A stretch of 48,826 nucleotides of DNA from a virus. Taxonomy: Duplodnaviria > Caudoviricetes. Positions 8,059-17,521 of this stretch are shown here, piece by piece. The DNA is taken from the IMG/VR virus record IMGVR_UViG_3300022895_000013, positions 1-48,826 of that record. The stretch is one strand, 5' to 3'. Position 1 is the stretch's first letter. Each line of letters begins with the position of its first letter. The translations under genes were made by a program, and so were the position numbers. The notes under the pieces are model-generated. The model ran no database searches. It was not told where the DNA came from and was given only the letters and a program-made list of their open reading frames with translations.

Positions 8059-10267
8059 AGTTTTGGCGCAGTTCGCGGATTACGGCCTTGTACCAGCGCA
8101 ACCGCTTGTGTTCGGCAAGCTCACCCGGTGCAAGACGGCGCAGGATAAGGGCACCGAGAAAAACGGCTGGTACGTCGCCCATGAACACCGTACCGAGAAA
8201 GGTGAGACGCTGATTTTCGGTTCGTTCGGCGATTGGCGTTCGGGTGAGACGCAGAAGATCAAGGTCAAGGCCGGTCGGATGTCACCCGAAGAACGCGAAG
8301 TGATGCGCGCTCGGCAGGAAGAGGGCAAGCGTCGTGCTGCTGAAGTTGCGGCCAACGCGGCGCGCCGGGCGGCGAAGCGAGCGGATGGCTTGTTCCAGCG
8401 GATGCCGGAGAAAGGCCGTAGCGAATACCTGGACCGCAAGCAAATTGTCGGTATCCGGGTGCGCTACGCGCCGCGTTCCGGGGCAGTCTTGGTCCCCATG
8501 AGCAATGCGCGGGACGACATCGTCGGACTTCAGGTGATTTACCCGAACAAACAGGAAGATACTGGCCGGGACAAGACGTATTGGCCCTACGGGATGTCAA
8601 AAGAAGGGGCTTTTCACCTCCTAGGACCGGACGCCGATCCGGGCGATCCCGTGCTGGTGTGTGAAGGCTACGCGACTGGCGCCAGCCTGCACATGGCGAC
8701 CTCGCTTACCGTGGCCGTAGCATTCGATGCGGGGAACTTGCTTGCAGTTTGTAAGGCCATGCGTGCGCGGTTCGCGGGCTGTCCGCTGATCATTTGCCGC
8801 GATGATGACTGGAAAACTACCAAGCCGAACGGTGATGCGTGGAACCCTGGTGAAGAAAAGGCCAATAACGCGGCACTGATCGTCGGTGGCCAGGTGGTTG
8901 CTCCAATCTTTTCCGGTGAGCGCGGTGATAAATGGACCGACTTCAACGATTTGCACGTCGCAGAGGGGCTGGAGGCGGTGCGTCGCCAGGTGTTGGCGGT
9001 GGTCAAGCCGCCGGCCGCAGGCGGTTGGAAAGATCTCCTGGCCCGTAGTGACAGCGGCGCACTGATCGCACACATGCAGAACGTTGAATTGATCCTCGCC
9101 AATGATCCTCGCTGGGCCGGAGTCATCAGTTTCAGCGCGTTCAGTTCGAAGATCGTTAAGCTCCGTGCAGCGCCTTATGGCGGGGGCACGGGCGACTGGG
9201 CTGACATTGATGATGTGCGAGTTATGAAATGGCTTGCACAGCATTACAACCTGCGGGTTAAGGCCTCCCATGTGATTGAGGCGGTGAGTGTCGTGGCGCA
9301 TGACCACGAGTTTCACCCGGTGCGGCAATACCTTAAAAAGCTTGAATGGGATCGTGTGCCGCGTCTGGAAAGCTGGCTGACGGACGTGATGGGTGTTAGG
9401 GCTTCTGCATATTCCTCCAAGGTCGGCAAGCGCTGGATGATTTCGGCTGTAGCGCGGGTGATGAAACCGGGCTGCAAGGCTGACTCGGTGATGATCCTCG
9501 AAGGTGCGCAGGGTGCTGGTAAATCGACAGCGATGAGCATTCTTGGCGGTGAATGGTTCATGGACACACCGTTCGCCCTGGGCGACAAGGACGGTTTTCA
9601 GGCGATCCGGGGAAAGTGGATCGTCGAACTTGGCGAGCTGGACAGCTTCAACAAAGCGGAAAGTACAAAGGCCAAGCAGTTTTTCTCGGCGTCCACCGAT
9701 ACCTACCGCGAGAGTTACGGCCGTCGCACCATGGACGTCCCGCGTCAGTGCGTCTTTGTCGGCACCACCAACCAGGAGGAGTACCTGAAGGACGCCACCG
9801 GTAACCGGCGGTATTGGCCGGTAGCCTGTACCAAGGTGGACCTCGAGCTGCTGCGCTCCATTCGCGACCAGCTATGGGCCGAGGCTGTGTTTTGTTACGA
9901 CGCGGGTGACCTCTGGTGGGTGACGCGAGATGAGGCGACATTGTTCGCTGAGGAGCAGGACGAGCGCTTCGTGGTGGATGAATGGGAGACGCCAATCCTG
10001 ACCTGGCTGGAGGAGTCGCAGATTGGAGAGACTACGACCGGCAGTGAGATTTTGACGCAAGCGCTCAAGCTTGATCCGGGACATTGGGGCAAGCCGGAGC
10101 AGATGCGGGTCGGGGCGATACTGCATCGGCTAGGTTGGAGTCGTTACCGGCTCGGAGCAATGACCAAGAGCCGGATCCGTTTGTGGGGCTACAAGAAACC
10201 TGAGGGCTGGGGCAAGGCGTCTGCTTTGGAAAATGAGCGTGTCGAGGAGCCTTGTTTCGGTGATTAA
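8048..10267 (+). CDS. Toprim primase fused to VapE/VirE-type helicase
   Basis: VCEGYATG and DDD Toprim motifs; Walker A GAQGAGKS; GTTN and TGNRRYWPV VapE motifs. Confidence 0.9.
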   Translation: MLDEVLAQFADYGLVPAQPLVFGKLTRCKTAQDKGTEKNGWYVAHEHRTEKGETLIFGSFGDWRSGETQKIKVKAGRMSPEEREVMRARQEEGKRRAAEVAANAARRAAKRADGLFQRMPEKGRSEYLDRKQIVGIRVRYAPRSGAVLVPMSNARDDIVGLQVIYPNKQEDTGRDKTYWPYGMSKEGAFHLLGPDADPGDPVLVCEGYATGASLHMATSLTVAVAFDAGNLLAVCKAMRARFAGCPLIICRDDDWKTTKPNGDAWNPGEEKANNAALIVGGQVVAPIFSGERGDKWTDFNDLHVAEGLEAVRRQVLAVVKPPAAGGWKDLLARSDSGALIAHMQNVELILANDPRWAGVISFSAFSSKIVKLRAAPYGGGTGDWADIDDVRVMKWLAQHYNLRVKASHVIEAVSVVAHDHEFHPVRQYLKKLEWDRVPRLESWLTDVMGVRASAYSSKVGKRWMISAVARVMKPGCKADSVMILEGAQGAGKSTAMSILGGEWFMDTPFALGDKDGFQAIRGKWIVELGELDSFNKAESTKAKQFFSASTDTYRESYGRRTMDVPRQCVFVGTTNQEEYLKDATGNRRYWPVACTKVDLELLRSIRDQLWAEAVFCYDAGDLWWVTRDEATLFAEEQDERFVVDEWETPILTWLEESQIGETTTGSEILTQALKLDPGHWGKPEQMRVGAILHRLGWSRYRLGAMTKSRIRLWGYKKPEGWGKASALENERVEEPCFGD

Positions 10268-10619
10268 GGAGATCGATTCGTTGCTGAAGAAGTGGGCTCA
10301 GGAGCTGCACTCCGATCATTCGAAAGGGGGGCTGGCAGGTGGCAACATGGTCGCGATGATGATGGAGAGCAACGGCCAGTTGATCCGTGGGCGGCGTGCA
10401 TTCCGTGCGCCGTTGGAGAGCTCGTTAGATATGGAGCTGATCGTGAACAAGCATCTCGCGCCCGAGCTGATGACGGTTGTGCGGGAGCACTACTGCACCC
10501 TCGATGTCGACATGCGTTTGCGTTATGCGCACTGCGGCTGCGGGCGTGACACTTATTATCAGCGCCTGCATGACGCACACCTGCAGATTCTTGGAGTCAT
10601 GATGGGGGTAGCTGCTTGA
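10260..10619 (+). CDS. PA0613-like / Q-like late regulator
   Basis: IDSLLKKWAQ start and C-terminal HTH-like CGRDTYYQRLHDAH; between replication and late genes. Confidence 0.55.
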   Translation: MIKEIDSLLKKWAQELHSDHSKGGLAGGNMVAMMMESNGQLIRGRRAFRAPLESSLDMELIVNKHLAPELMTVVREHYCTLDVDMRLRYAHCGCGRDTYYQRLHDAHLQILGVMMGVAA

Positions 10620-10644
10620 TCCCAGGCACGGCTCCGGCAGTTGC

Positions 10645-10921
10645 TGTCCCACCGGCCCGCCTTGTCCCACTATGTTTAGACGTAGTGGGACAGGTGCGGG
10701 CCTTGTCTTTACTGGGTTGTCCCACCGTCCCACCTTGCAGCGTCACCCGCCCGCATATGCGTAGCAGGCACATTTCACGCGCGTTTCACGCGCAAGCGTG
10801 TTCTTAAATTTCTCCCTTTACACGAGAAAGGAGATAAATAAGTAGGACGGTGGGGCGAAGCCCCGAATCTAGGCGTTCTCAGGCGTCCCACTTCGATTTT
10901 GAAAGGTGGGACGTATGGGAC
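10645..10921. repeat. Cluster of GTCCCA(C)/GTGGGAC repeats, possible replication origin
   Basis: About 8 copies in both orientations around an AT-rich stretch, downstream of the primase-helicase. Confidence 0.5.
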
Positions 10922-10953
10922 GCCGAATCAAAAGCGATAGCCGAGTGAATACG

Positions 10954-11005
10954 TTGTACCCCTGTCGCACCCGCGTCGTACCCATATTGCACCCGTATTG
11001 TTCCA
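10954..11005 (+). repeat. Five 11-bp-phased direct repeats (TYGYACCC) upstream of a probable late promoter
   Basis: Starts at 10954, 10965, 10976, 10987, 10998; TTGCTG-17-TAAAAA follows at 11022-11050. Confidence 0.65.
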
Positions 11006-11102
11006 TGGCATTAAAACTCGCTTGCTGCCACCGGAATCGCCCTGTAAAAAGTACCCATCTTCGATAGGTGCGACCGCAGATTGCGGCAGTCACCACACCA
11101 CC

Positions 11103-11128
11103 AAACCCGGCCATTGCGCCGGGTTTTT
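11103..11128 (+). terminator. Intrinsic terminator-like hairpin in the late leader
   Basis: aaacccgg-ccattgcg-ccgggttttt. Confidence 0.55.
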
Positions 11129-11145
11129 GCGTTTAGGGGTTGGCG

Positions 11146-11484
11146 ATGACAAACGAGCAACAAGCGCTGGCAGAGATGCCGATCTGGTTAGTGATCGTCC
11201 TGGCCCTGGTCGGCGGCGTATCGGGGGAGATGTGGCGAGCCGACAAGGATGGGGCGCGGGGCTGGGCGTTGTTACGCCGCCTCGCGCTTCGGTCTGGTGC
11301 CTGCATTGTCTGCGGAGTGTCGGCGATGATGCTGATGATCGCGGCGGGCATGACGATCTGGACGGCAGGCGCCTTGGGTTGTCTGACGGCGATGGCCGGT
11401 GCCGATGTGGCCATCGGGTTGTACGAACGCTGGGCCGCCAAGCGGCTGGGCGTTTCGGAGTCGACATCGGCCGACCGCAGCTAG
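11146..11484 (+). CDS. Phage holin (pyocin/LydA-like, 3 TM)
   Basis: MTNEQQALAEMPIWLVIVLALVGGVSGEMWRAD; three TM helices. Confidence 0.85.
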   Translation: MTNEQQALAEMPIWLVIVLALVGGVSGEMWRADKDGARGWALLRRLALRSGACIVCGVSAMMLMIAAGMTIWTAGALGCLTAMAGADVAIGLYERWAAKRLGVSESTSADRS

Positions 11485-11516
11485 GTCGGCGGCCGGGTGG
11501 GGGGCGCCATTTTTCC

Positions 11517-11564
11517 GGGTCCTCCCTGAGGGCCGCCCCCTACACGGGTTAGCGAACTCGCGGG
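11517..11564 (+). other. Lambda-type cos site (cosQ GGGTCCT; predicted cohesive end GGTTAGCGAACT, 11547-11558)
   Basis: Same layout as lambda: GGGTCCT, 23 nt, 12-mer, CGCGGG; directly upstream of the small terminase. Confidence 0.75.
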
Positions 11565-11617
11565 ATCTCTGCAGCTGAGAATTTTGCAGTGATGTCCGTC
11601 TTTTCAAAGGGTTAGAT

Positions 11618-12142
11618 ATGGGCAGGACTGTTAGCAAGGCCGACTTGAGCGAGATCGTCGGCCGCGATGAGCGCACCCTGACCCGTTGGCAGAACGACGG
11701 CATGCCAGTGACCGAGTTCGGCCTCGGTCGGGGCAACGAAAACCAATATGACACTGAAGCAGTGATTCAGTGGCTGATGCACCAGGCCTCGCTCAACGGC
11801 AAGAAAGAATCTTCCCGCGACCGCCTCGACCGGATCCGCGCTGACCGCGAAGAACTCGCGATGGCCAAGGACCTGGGAGAGGTCGTCATCGCCGATGACC
11901 TGGTCGAGCGCTTTGAAGCAATGATCACCGCCGCAAAGGTGGAGCTACTCAACACATTTCCCGACGCCTTGGCCGCCGAACTGTCGGCGCGCTACGGGGT
12001 GGAAGTCGACGATCAACTGATCAGGGATCCCATTGAAGCCATCCTGAGGAGGCTTTCTGACTATGACAAGGATGATGCCCCGTCAGATGGATATTCTGAC
12101 GAACCGGACGATCCGGAGGGCTTTGAAGAAAACGGCGACTAA
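11618..12142 (+). CDS. Terminase small subunit (Nu1-like)
   Basis: VSKADLSEIVGRDERTLTRWQNDGMP winged HTH. Confidence 0.9.
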   Translation: MGRTVSKADLSEIVGRDERTLTRWQNDGMPVTEFGLGRGNENQYDTEAVIQWLMHQASLNGKKESSRDRLDRIRADREELAMAKDLGEVVIADDLVERFEAMITAAKVELLNTFPDALAAELSARYGVEVDDQLIRDPIEAILRRLSDYDKDDAPSDGYSDEPDDPEGFEENGD

Positions 12143-14075
12143 GGCGCTGCGCGGCGCCTGCCGCAAGTGGGCGCCACCGCCTCGCATGAGCATCATCGAG
12201 TGGGCGGACAAGTACCGTTGGCTCGCCCCCGAGGAAGCGGCGCGCCCTGGTAAATACCGCTTCGATGTAACACCGCACCTGACTTGGCCCGGTGGGCCGT
12301 TGGAAGCGTTGGACGATCCAGCCGTCAGCGAGATTGTCGGCCGCAAGTCGGCACAGGTGGCCTGGACATCTGGCGTGCTTGGGAATGCACTTGGTAAATG
12401 GATCGACATTGACCCGTCGCCGATCCTGGTGCTGTTTCCCAAAGCTGAAGCCGCCAAGCAATACGTTGGCGAAAAGCTCGAACCGATGATCGAAGCCACA
12501 CCACGCCTGCGCAAGAAAGTCGACTTGCGTAGTCGCAAGCTGCAGCAGCGTCAGGACTTCAAACGCTTCCCCGGCGGCTTTCTGAAAATGGTTGGCTCCA
12601 ACAGTCCGGCCAGCGTGAAATCCACACCGGTGCCACGCGTGGCCATTGAGGAGCCTGATGACTGCAACCTCAACCTGCGCGGACAGGGCGACAGTATCAA
12701 GCTGGCCAAAGAGCGACTGAAAACCTTCCGTCGCTCGAAGATCATCATCGGTGGGACACCGACCATCAAAGGCCTGTCGGCGATTGATGCCGAGCTGGAA
12801 CTGTCGGATAAGCGTGTTGGCCTGGTGCCCTGCCATGAGTGCGGCGAGGAACACGCGCTGAGCTTTGACAACCTGCATTGCGATGAGGATCCGGATTACC
12901 TGCATGAGGTGTACGGCAAGAAACGTCCGGAAAAAGCGTTCTATTCCTGCCCGCACTGCGGTGGTATCTGGGACGATAACCAGAAAAACGCCAACCTCAA
13001 ACATGGGCGCTGGTCGGCCACGGCTGAATTTCGCGGTATCGCGGGTTACATCCTCAACGAGCTGTATGCGACGTTCTGGGGATCGCGTTTTCAGGTGTTG
13101 ATGGAGAAGAAACTTCAAGCCGATCACGCGGCTTCGCAGGGCAACATCGGGCCGATGATCGCCTTCGTCAACAGCTCTAAAGGTGAGAGCTACGAGTACC
13201 AGAGTGACGCGCCGAAGACCGATGAACTGGAGAAGCGCGCCGAGCCTTACGCCGAGCTGACAGCACCGAATGGTGTGTTGTTGGTCACCGTTGGTGTCGA
13301 CGTGCAAGGCGATCGCCTGGCACTGGTCATCACCGGATGGGGGCGTGGTGAAGAGTCATGGCGGCTGTATTGGGGCGAACTTCATGGCAACCCCATCGAC
13401 CCGCATGATGCTGTGTGGCAGGAACTGGACCGGGTGATCTCCCGCCCAATTCCCACCGAGGGCGGTGCCCAGCTGGCGGTGTCAGCGGTAAGCATCGACA
13501 GCTCCGACGGTAATACCAGCGATGCGGTTTATGCCTACGTTCGGGATCGCCAGCGCTACAACGTCATGGCGATCAAAGGGGCTTCCGTCGACAGTCGTGA
13601 CAAGGAGATTTTCACCAAACCACCGCAGTCAGTGGATACCTCGCAAGACAACACCAAGGCTGCGAAATACGGCCTGCGGGTCCACATCGTTGGCACGCAC
13701 AAAGCCAAGACCCTGATCGACGGCCGACTTCGGCTGAAAGGCGCAGGGCCTGGCCGAATGCACTGGTACAGCGAGATTCGCTCGGACTACTACGAGCAGC
13801 TCACCAACGAAGTGCTGGCGCCGCACCCACGCAACCCCAGCAAGATGGTGTGGCAGAAAAAGGCCGGACGGCGCAACGAAGCGCTCGACTGCGAGGTGTA
13901 CGCCTTGCATGCGGCGCGCAGTCTGAAAACCCACCTGCTGCGCGATCACGAATGGGACCAACTGGAGCAGCAACTGCTGCAGCCAACCCTGTTCACCACC
14001 GAACAACCGGTCGCACCGGTACCGCGCCGAGCCGTCGCTCGTGGGCGGGGCACCCGCAGTCGCGCGGGCTACTAG
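12063..14075 (+). CDS. Terminase large subunit (lambda gpA family); exact start uncertain
   Basis: EWADKYRWL, KSAQVAWT, PCHECG, GVDVQ, RNEALDCEVYA motifs. Confidence 0.93.
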   Translation: MTRMMPRQMDILTNRTIRRALKKTATKALRGACRKWAPPPRMSIIEWADKYRWLAPEEAARPGKYRFDVTPHLTWPGGPLEALDDPAVSEIVGRKSAQVAWTSGVLGNALGKWIDIDPSPILVLFPKAEAAKQYVGEKLEPMIEATPRLRKKVDLRSRKLQQRQDFKRFPGGFLKMVGSNSPASVKSTPVPRVAIEEPDDCNLNLRGQGDSIKLAKERLKTFRRSKIIIGGTPTIKGLSAIDAELELSDKRVGLVPCHECGEEHALSFDNLHCDEDPDYLHEVYGKKRPEKAFYSCPHCGGIWDDNQKNANLKHGRWSATAEFRGIAGYILNELYATFWGSRFQVLMEKKLQADHAASQGNIGPMIAFVNSSKGESYEYQSDAPKTDELEKRAEPYAELTAPNGVLLVTVGVDVQGDRLALVITGWGRGEESWRLYWGELHGNPIDPHDAVWQELDRVISRPIPTEGGAQLAVSAVSIDSSDGNTSDAVYAYVRDRQRYNVMAIKGASVDSRDKEIFTKPPQSVDTSQDNTKAAKYGLRVHIVGTHKAKTLIDGRLRLKGAGPGRMHWYSEIRSDYYEQLTNEVLAPHPRNPSKMVWQKKAGRRNEALDCEVYALHAARSLKTHLLRDHEWDQLEQQLLQPTLFTTEQPVAPVPRRAVARGRGTRSRAGY

Positions 14076-14085
14076 GAAAACAAAC

Positions 14086-14301
14086 ATGACAGACGCACAA
14101 CAGCGCCTCGCGGAAGTCCGGGCGGCGATCTCTGACGTCCTGAAGAAAGGCCAGCGCTTGCGTCGTGCGGATCGCGAACTGTATCGCGCCGAGCTGAACA
14201 GCCTTCGCCTGCTCGAGCAGCAATACGCGAAGGAGGTCGCGCTGGAACAGGCCCAACAACAGGGACGCGGCCGCAACCGCATCTCCTACATGAAGATCTG
14301 A
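14086..14301 (+). CDS. Head-tail joining protein (gpW-like)
   Basis: Small ORF between terminase and portal, AGGA RBS. Confidence 0.7.
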   Translation: MTDAQQRLAEVRAAISDVLKKGQRLRRADRELYRAELNSLRLLEQQYAKEVALEQAQQQGRGRNRISYMKI

Positions 14302-14303
14302 CT

Positions 14304-15911
14304 ATGGGATTTTTTCGAAAAGACCCGGCCGAGTTGCTGATGCGTGAGGCGATCAAGCTCACCAAGTCGGCAAACGAGGCCCGACCTATTGTCGCTCAAG
14401 GTGGTGGGGGTGGTGTTGAGACGCGCTGGCGCGGTGCCTCACGCGTGCTGCGCAGTATGGCCAGCTGGATACCCGGGCTCGGCAGCCCCCGACGCGACCT
14501 CGACCAAAACGAGCGGCGCATGTTGGTGGCTCGTTCGCGGGATGCCATGCGCAATCACCTGATCGCAAGAGCGGCGATCACTCGCCTGCGCACCAACGTA
14601 GTCGGCACCGGCCTGGTTTGCCGTTCGCAGATTGATCACGCGGCGCTCGGGTTGAGTGAAGAGCAGGCCGAAGACCTCAATGCCCAGCTCGACCGACTCT
14701 GGTCACTGTATGCCGATGATCCACGCGAGTGCGACGCGGAGGCGACGCTCAATCATTACCAACTGCAGGCCCTGGTCATGGTCTCGTCGATGGTCGGTGG
14801 TGATGTATTGATTGCCAGCCCCGACGACGAACGTCCCGGCTGTGTGTTCAGTACACGGCTGCAACTGATCGAGTCGGATCGGGTGTGCAACCCGGCTGGA
14901 AGGCTGGATAGCGCGAACCTGGTGGACGGCGTCGAATTCGACAGACTCGGCGCTCCGTTGGCTTATCACGTGTGCACCGGTTACCCGAACGAGTTCACCG
15001 CCGGCCAAGCGCTGAAATGGGAGCGTTTGCCAGCTTTCGGTGAAGCCACTGGCAGACGCCGAGTCATGCACGTCATGGCCGACAAGGAGCGCCCAGGGCA
15101 GAAGCGAGGCGCGCCGTATCTGGCCCCGGTGCTGGAGCCACTGCAGAAACTGGAACGCTACAGCAGCGCCGAACTGATGGCGGCGGTGATCTCGGCCATG
15201 TTCACCGTGTTCATTAAGAAGACCAACGACTTTCAGGTCGGAAACCTGCCGCTGACCGCCTTGGCGAACGAAGGCGGCGGTCCTGGTGGCGATACCACGG
15301 GAGATGGCGAACTGGCCTTGGGCGAGGGCGCGATTGTCGACCTAGGGCAGGGCGAAGAGCCGGTCATTGCCAACCCGGCCCGGCCCAACGCGCAGTTCGA
15401 TCCATTCTTCACCGCCGTGGTCAAGGAGATCGGCGCGGCTTTGGAGCAGCCAATGGAGGAACTGCTGCTGCACTACAGCAGCAGTTACAGCGCGGCCCGT
15501 GCGGCGATGCTGCAGGCGTGGCGCTTTTACAGCCTGCGCCGTTGGTGGCTGATCTGCGACTTCTGCCAGCCCAGCCGTGAACTGCTGATCGACGAGGCGG
15601 TGGCGCGTGGATTGATCCAGCTGCCCGGCTATGCGGATCCGGCCAAGCGCAAAGCTTATTGCCAAGCGATCTGGATCGGACCGGCCCGTGGCGCCATCGA
15701 TGAGTTGAAGGAGGCCAATGCCGCCGGCAAGCGCATCGAGATCGGCGTCAGCAACGAGACGCTGGAGACAGCCGCGATGACCGGCGAGCCGTGGCAGCAG
15801 GTGTACCGGCAACGCGTGCGCGAAGTTGAACAGCGCCGCAAGGATGGCCTGCACACGCTACCCAAAGGGCGCGAACAGGAAACACCACCCGATAACCCCA
15901 ACGAGGAATAA
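14304..15911 (+). CDS. Portal protein (lambda gpB family)
   Basis: ARSRDAMRN, RPGQKRG, SYSAARAAML motifs. Confidence 0.93.
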   Translation: MGFFRKDPAELLMREAIKLTKSANEARPIVAQGGGGGVETRWRGASRVLRSMASWIPGLGSPRRDLDQNERRMLVARSRDAMRNHLIARAAITRLRTNVVGTGLVCRSQIDHAALGLSEEQAEDLNAQLDRLWSLYADDPRECDAEATLNHYQLQALVMVSSMVGGDVLIASPDDERPGCVFSTRLQLIESDRVCNPAGRLDSANLVDGVEFDRLGAPLAYHVCTGYPNEFTAGQALKWERLPAFGEATGRRRVMHVMADKERPGQKRGAPYLAPVLEPLQKLERYSSAELMAAVISAMFTVFIKKTNDFQVGNLPLTALANEGGGPGGDTTGDGELALGEGAIVDLGQGEEPVIANPARPNAQFDPFFTAVVKEIGAALEQPMEELLLHYSSSYSAARAAMLQAWRFYSLRRWWLICDFCQPSRELLIDEAVARGLIQLPGYADPAKRKAYCQAIWIGPARGAIDELKEANAAGKRIEIGVSNETLETAAMTGEPWQQVYRQRVREVEQRRKDGLHTLPKGREQETPPDNPNEE

Positions 15912-15913
15912 CC

Positions 15914-17146
15914 ATGCCCCGCGCATTCGAGCTGGCTGCCTCGCAGCCCTGGCTGATGCTGCCTGGCGCCCTGGAAAACCTGCTGACCATCGCAGACCGA
16001 ATGGGCGACCCGGCGGCGCTGGAGACCCGCACCGGCATGCGGCTAGACAACAGCCGTACCGTCAGCGTGCGCAACGGGGTAGCGATCATCCCGGTGGTCG
16101 GCCCCGTGTTTCGCTACGCCAATCTCTTCACCGAGATCAGTGGCGCGACCAGCACCCAGGTGCTGGCGATTGACCTGCAAAAAGCGCTGGACGACCCCAA
16201 GGTCAGCGCAATCATTTTGAACATCGACAGCCCAGGCGGCGTTGCCGCCGGGATCAACGAGCTGGCCGACCACATCCATGCTGCCCGAGACCGCAAACGC
16301 ATCGTCGCCTACATCGGCGGCACCGGTGCCAGCGCAGCCTACTGGATAGCCTCGGCGGCTAGCGAGATTGTTATCGACGAAACCGCGCTCGCCGGCAGCA
16401 TCGGCGTCGTGGTCGAGGCAGTGGTGGAAGGCGAGGCCACCACTGGACGCAAGCGCTACCAAATCGTCAGCCGCAACGCACCCAACAAGCGGGTGGATTT
16501 GTCCACCGAGGAGGGGCGGGCCAAGGTTGGCGAAACCGTCGACGCCATGGGCGACGTGTTCGTAGCCAAGGTGGCTCGCAACCTTGATGTGGATCCGGAG
16601 CGCGTTCCCGAGATGGGCGACTTCGGCGGACTGCGTGTCGGCGCCGCCGCTGTCGAGTCTGGCCTGGCCCATCGTCTGGGCTCGCTTGAAGCATTGATTA
16701 CCGAACTGGCCAAAACGGCCGCAACCCAACCGAGGAAATTCAACATGACCACCGTCAGCAGCACGGCGGAGTTGCGTGAGGCGCTGGCCGCCGGCACGGA
16801 TCCGCAGACCATCCAGATCGCCCAGGCGAGTCAGCCGGATCTGGAGAGCATCCGCACCCAGAGCCGCGAGGAGGGCGCGACCGCTGAGCGGCAGCGCATC
16901 ACCGGCATCAACGCCATGGCCAGCAAGGGATTCGAGACCGAGATCGCTGCCGCTATCGATGCCGGTACCTCGGTCGAGGCCACCGCGCTGCAACTGTTCA
17001 AGGCGGCGCAGGATCGCGGCATCTCACTAAACGCGATCAAGTCCGATGCAACCGGCGCCTCGACCTCGACCCCGACCGATAACGATGACCAGGGCGAACG
17101 TAAGGCCGTGGTCAACGCCATCATCGTGGGCGCCTCGCGCCGCTGA
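15914..17146 (+). CDS. S49 capsid maturation protease (gpC-like)
   Basis: IDSPGG, ASAAYWIASAA, GSIGV. Confidence 0.92.
   Translation: MPRAFELAASQPWLMLPGALENLLTIADRMGDPAALETRTGMRLDNSRTVSVRNGVAIIPVVGPVFRYANLFTEISGATSTQVLAIDLQKALDDPKVSAIILNIDSPGGVAAGINELADHIHAARDRKRIVAYIGGTGASAAYWIASAASEIVIDETALAGSIGVVVEAVVEGEATTGRKRYQIVSRNAPNKRVDLSTEEGRAKVGETVDAMGDVFVAKVARNLDVDPERVPEMGDFGGLRVGAAAVESGLAHRLGSLEALITELAKTAATQPRKFNMTTVSSTAELREALAAGTDPQTIQIAQASQPDLESIRTQSREEGATAERQRITGINAMASKGFETEIAAAIDAGTSVEATALQLFKAAQDRGISLNAIKSDATGASTSTPTDNDDQGERKAVVNAIIVGASRR
16745..17146 (+). CDS. Probable nested in-frame scaffolding protein (Nu3-like)
   Basis: GAGGA RBS before an in-frame ATG at 16745; helical C-terminal domain; analogous to lambda C/Nu3. 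Confidence 0.6.
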   Translation: MTTVSSTAELREALAAGTDPQTIQIAQASQPDLESIRTQSREEGATAERQRITGINAMASKGFETEIAAAIDAGTSVEATALQLFKAAQDRGISLNAIKSDATGASTSTPTDNDDQGERKAVVNAIIVGASRR

Positions 17147-17158
17147 CAGGAGAAGATC

Positions 17159-17509
17159 ATGAGCAATCCAGAACGCCAAACCTATGTGCCCGAGCAGCTT
17201 TCAGCGGGCGCTTTCCCGGTAATGATCGACATCGCCGTGATCGCCGCCGGCCAAAACCTTCCGCGAGGTGCAGTCCTCGGTCAGGTCCAGGCGAGTGGCG
17301 AGTACGTGCTGTGCAAGGCCGCCGCCACGGACGGCTCTGAGGTGCCTTCAGCGATTCTCGATCAGGCCACGGATACCAGCAAGGGTGTCCAGGCGGCACC
17401 GATCCGACTGACCGGCGAAGTGCTGGCCACCCAACTCACTCTCGGCGAAGGGCTCACTGTAGCGAAGGCGAAAGCCGCGCTACGAGCTCTGTGCCTGTTC
17501 GTTCGTTAA
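17159..17509 (+). CDS. Head decoration protein (gpD-like)
   Basis: GQNLPRGAVLG...DGSEVPSAIL; synteny. Confidence 0.85.
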   Translation: MSNPERQTYVPEQLSAGAFPVMIDIAVIAAGQNLPRGAVLGQVQASGEYVLCKAAATDGSEVPSAILDQATDTSKGVQAAPIRLTGEVLATQLTLGEGLTVAKAKAALRALCLFVR

Positions 17510-17521
17510 CCGGAGTTTCCG

